Origin: Patescibacteria group bacterium
GTDB taxonomy: Bacteria > Patescibacteriota > Patescibacteriia > UBA9570 > JAHJKD01
Direction of reading: 5' to 3'
DNA: 64,000 bases
NCBI GenBank assembly: GCA_041660885.1
Contig: JBAZVM010000002.1
Location: forward strand, 14,025-78,024
Part shown: one piece after another, positions 62,891-64,000 of the stretch
Position numbering within the stretch: the stretch's first letter is position 1
Layout: each line of letters begins with the position of its first letter
Translations under genes and position numbers: made by a program
The notes under the pieces: model-generated
Database searches by the model: none
What the model was told of the DNA's origin: nothing
The model's input: only the letters and a program-made list of their open reading frames with translations

Positions 62891-64000
62891 TTAGCCGCGT
62901 CCGAGGCAATCTGCCATTGGCGCGCTTCGGTAAAAATTTCAGGAGCTTCTGCCGGGCCGAGCAAGAAAATATCCGGCGATCTATCCGGCGCGTCGTATTG
63001 GTAAGATAAAGTATAAGCCTGCCCCGCTTTCCACTCCACAAACCAATCAATGATTTTTCTGTCATTATTCATGGATTCTTGCCCGTCTTGGTCTATGCGC
63101 TTTAGCGTAAAATCCGTTGGCATGCTTTCCCTGAATAAGCCGGAATAATCTTGCGCGGGCACTACTTCTAAAAAAACTTCGTAATCGGCAATAGGCCAAA
63201 TACGGGAAGAGGTAATGCGGGAGATATCAAAGGGAATATTATCAAGCACGGGTAAATCTTCTTCAATAGTATGAATCCCGGCCTCGGTTGTGGCAATAAG
63301 TTTTAAATGATAATCGCCATTATGCTTAATATCAAAGGTGGCGCTGTAATCCGGTAAATTAGTTACTGTAATCGGTCCGCAGGCGTTAGAACGAGAGACG
63401 GAATTATCTTGAGTGGATAATATTTGTTTTTCTCCGGTAGGTGCAGTTATTTCCAACTGCATGTCCGCATTGCAAATAGTGTGGCCTTGATTATCCAGTA
63501 CACCCATGCCCAAATTGACGGTCTCACCCATATGGTACATGGATTTTGTCGGGTTCATTACCAGCACTCCCCAAGAAAATCTTTCTATCAATTCAATATC
63601 TCTACCGCCTTGTTGCACCAGCACTTTTAATTTATATTCTCCGGGAATGGTAAAATCCCCGGGCGTTATTTCCAGTTCTTTAACATTATGTTTTCTGTTG
63701 TTTTTGGTATTCTCTGGTATGGGTAAATCTTTATTTTCTCCTTGCGGATTAACCAAAGTAATGGATTCTATTTCCCTTTCATCTCCGCCGATACCTAAGA
63801 AACTTAGCATGGAATTATCAGAAACATTGATATCGGCCTGGGGCAATTCATCCATTTGATAATCGCTTTTTTCCAGATTAACAATATTTTGAGATAAATC
63901 CGGAGGAGGAGAAAGTGCTTCCAAAGTTAATTTCAAGCTTACGCCGTCTACATAAGCCGTGGCGATTTTTTCCCGCGCGTCATCGGCGTAATAAGTGAAT
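61066..64000 (-). CDS. N-terminal part of the giant surface protein (5' end beyond the window)
   Basis: The reading frame stays open to the window edge (…FTYYADDAREKIATAYVDGVS-LKLTLEAL…). It overlaps the next ORF by 133 nt in a different frame, across a homologous module. Confidence 0.65.
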   Translation of the reverse strand, partial: FTYYADDAREKIATAYVDGVSLKLTLEALSPPPDLSQNIVNLEKSDYQMDELPQADINVSDNSMLSFLGIGGDEREIESITLVNPQGENKDLPIPENTKNNRKHNVKELEITPGDFTIPGEYKLKVLVQQGGRDIELIERFSWGVLVMNPTKSMYHMGETVNLGMGVLDNQGHTICNADMQLEITAPTGEKQILSTQDNSVSRSNACGPITVTNLPDYSATFDIKHNGDYHLKLIATTEAGIHTIEEDLPVLDNIPFDISRITSSRIWPIADYEVFLEVVPAQDYSGLFRESMPTDFTLKRIDQDGQESMNNDRKIIDWFVEWKAGQAYTLSYQYDAPDRSPDIFLLGPAEAPEIFTEARQWQIASDAANGNGMLVYDEDMSNTLPNPHYRTWTPSDVSSESNMQAYDGGNGSDLRFVQVEAAPTRDEYMRVEQYETGNIQAQMFTGGSWSIGSGAATNGSLNGTGLNITYANYRNFDVAYEDSTGDALVVYEDSATANKTLKYRTWNGSTWSAEGTIDFSGVAESGTDDVSIWVELVPDYGSDNIMLIWKNYALYGIYGAVWNGSSWDDIVLHDAAGVPTSTKQSIDCAWEGTSGDGMAVWGTGTTTDYSTYIAGEWANGSGSKNPAGAVVWLQAAGSPNNNYIAMIHADVVSTSTADVGVDMWNGSDWTTVTTPTDDGDINNNGYAQAVDVEWEYGGSSDRALFAWRDGIRAAVASETALSYMVYDISANAFQAIDDGGTECAITEGDAGYAETVTSLDLAEDNGGPCLTSAYMVGNTSGVEITQDYSGRGLMVLTQNELTLDVRPEAMYWQGEDNATWLAQTGTMGAIETDASPGTLATAAIAIMPYSHAFKKYSADGTGLLAYHEDGANLVNPHYRTWTAGTDYSAEGDAGTGTVTGYEEATHKIIEACPTREEYISGSQTSLGHLDLQVWDGSTWIDGANAPTNGDFTTNIGGLTEYIENLMLRMKIHPETR

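Noticed and set aside
1-64000. CRISPR arrays, rRNA genes, alternative genetic code (UGA recoding)
   Set aside because: No regularly spaced direct repeats were seen and no rRNA-like sequence. Housekeeping ORFs (gyrA, ftsH, gpmI, trpS) are full-length under the standard code with TGA used as a stop, so recoding is not indicated.

Overview
This is a gene-dense, low-GC bacterial window. Native genes lack Shine-Dalgarno sequences, housekeeping proteins are small, several ribosomal proteins carry charged tails, and there are giant surface proteins. By inference this fits a Patescibacteria/CPR-like reduced genome using the standard code.

The core content is:
- Glycolysis: PMM/PGM fragment, gpmI, tpiA.
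- Cell wall: murI, murD, lepB.
- Translation: trpS, cca, rpsP, rpmF, rpsA, rplS, a pseudouridine synthase and 8 tRNAs.
- Other: asd plus a truncated aspartokinase, an SMC-like protein, rnc, nusB, gyrA, ftsH and a Xer-type recombinase.

The features that stand out are:
1. A textbook type III hammerhead ribozyme motif lies on the minus strand at 45242-45296. It sits in the 3' UTR of a GC-rich, Shine-Dalgarno-bearing foreign gene, inside a small island between tRNA-Ile(UAU) and tRNA-Val.
2. Two copies of a ~100-nt structured element with covarying hairpins sit exactly at the 5' ends of tRNA-Arg and tRNA-Ile. Each is bracketed by a direct repeat of the first 12 or 9 nt of that tRNA.
3. A ~15-kb minus-strand operon (48.9 kb to the window end) encodes a frameshifted giant adhesin-like protein of over 3200 aa with a 1.47-kb tandem duplication. 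It also encodes a small subunit that shares the adhesin's C-terminal domain and has its own strong promoter, a CscA/DUF916-like membrane-anchored protein, a dockerin protein and two membrane-anchored cohesin-like proteins.
4. Two orphan proteins of about 1200 aa bracket tpiA.
5. Several single-gene GC-rich cassettes with canonical SD sites are embedded in the AT-rich, SD-less background.

No CRISPR array, rRNA gene or intact IS/prophage was seen.
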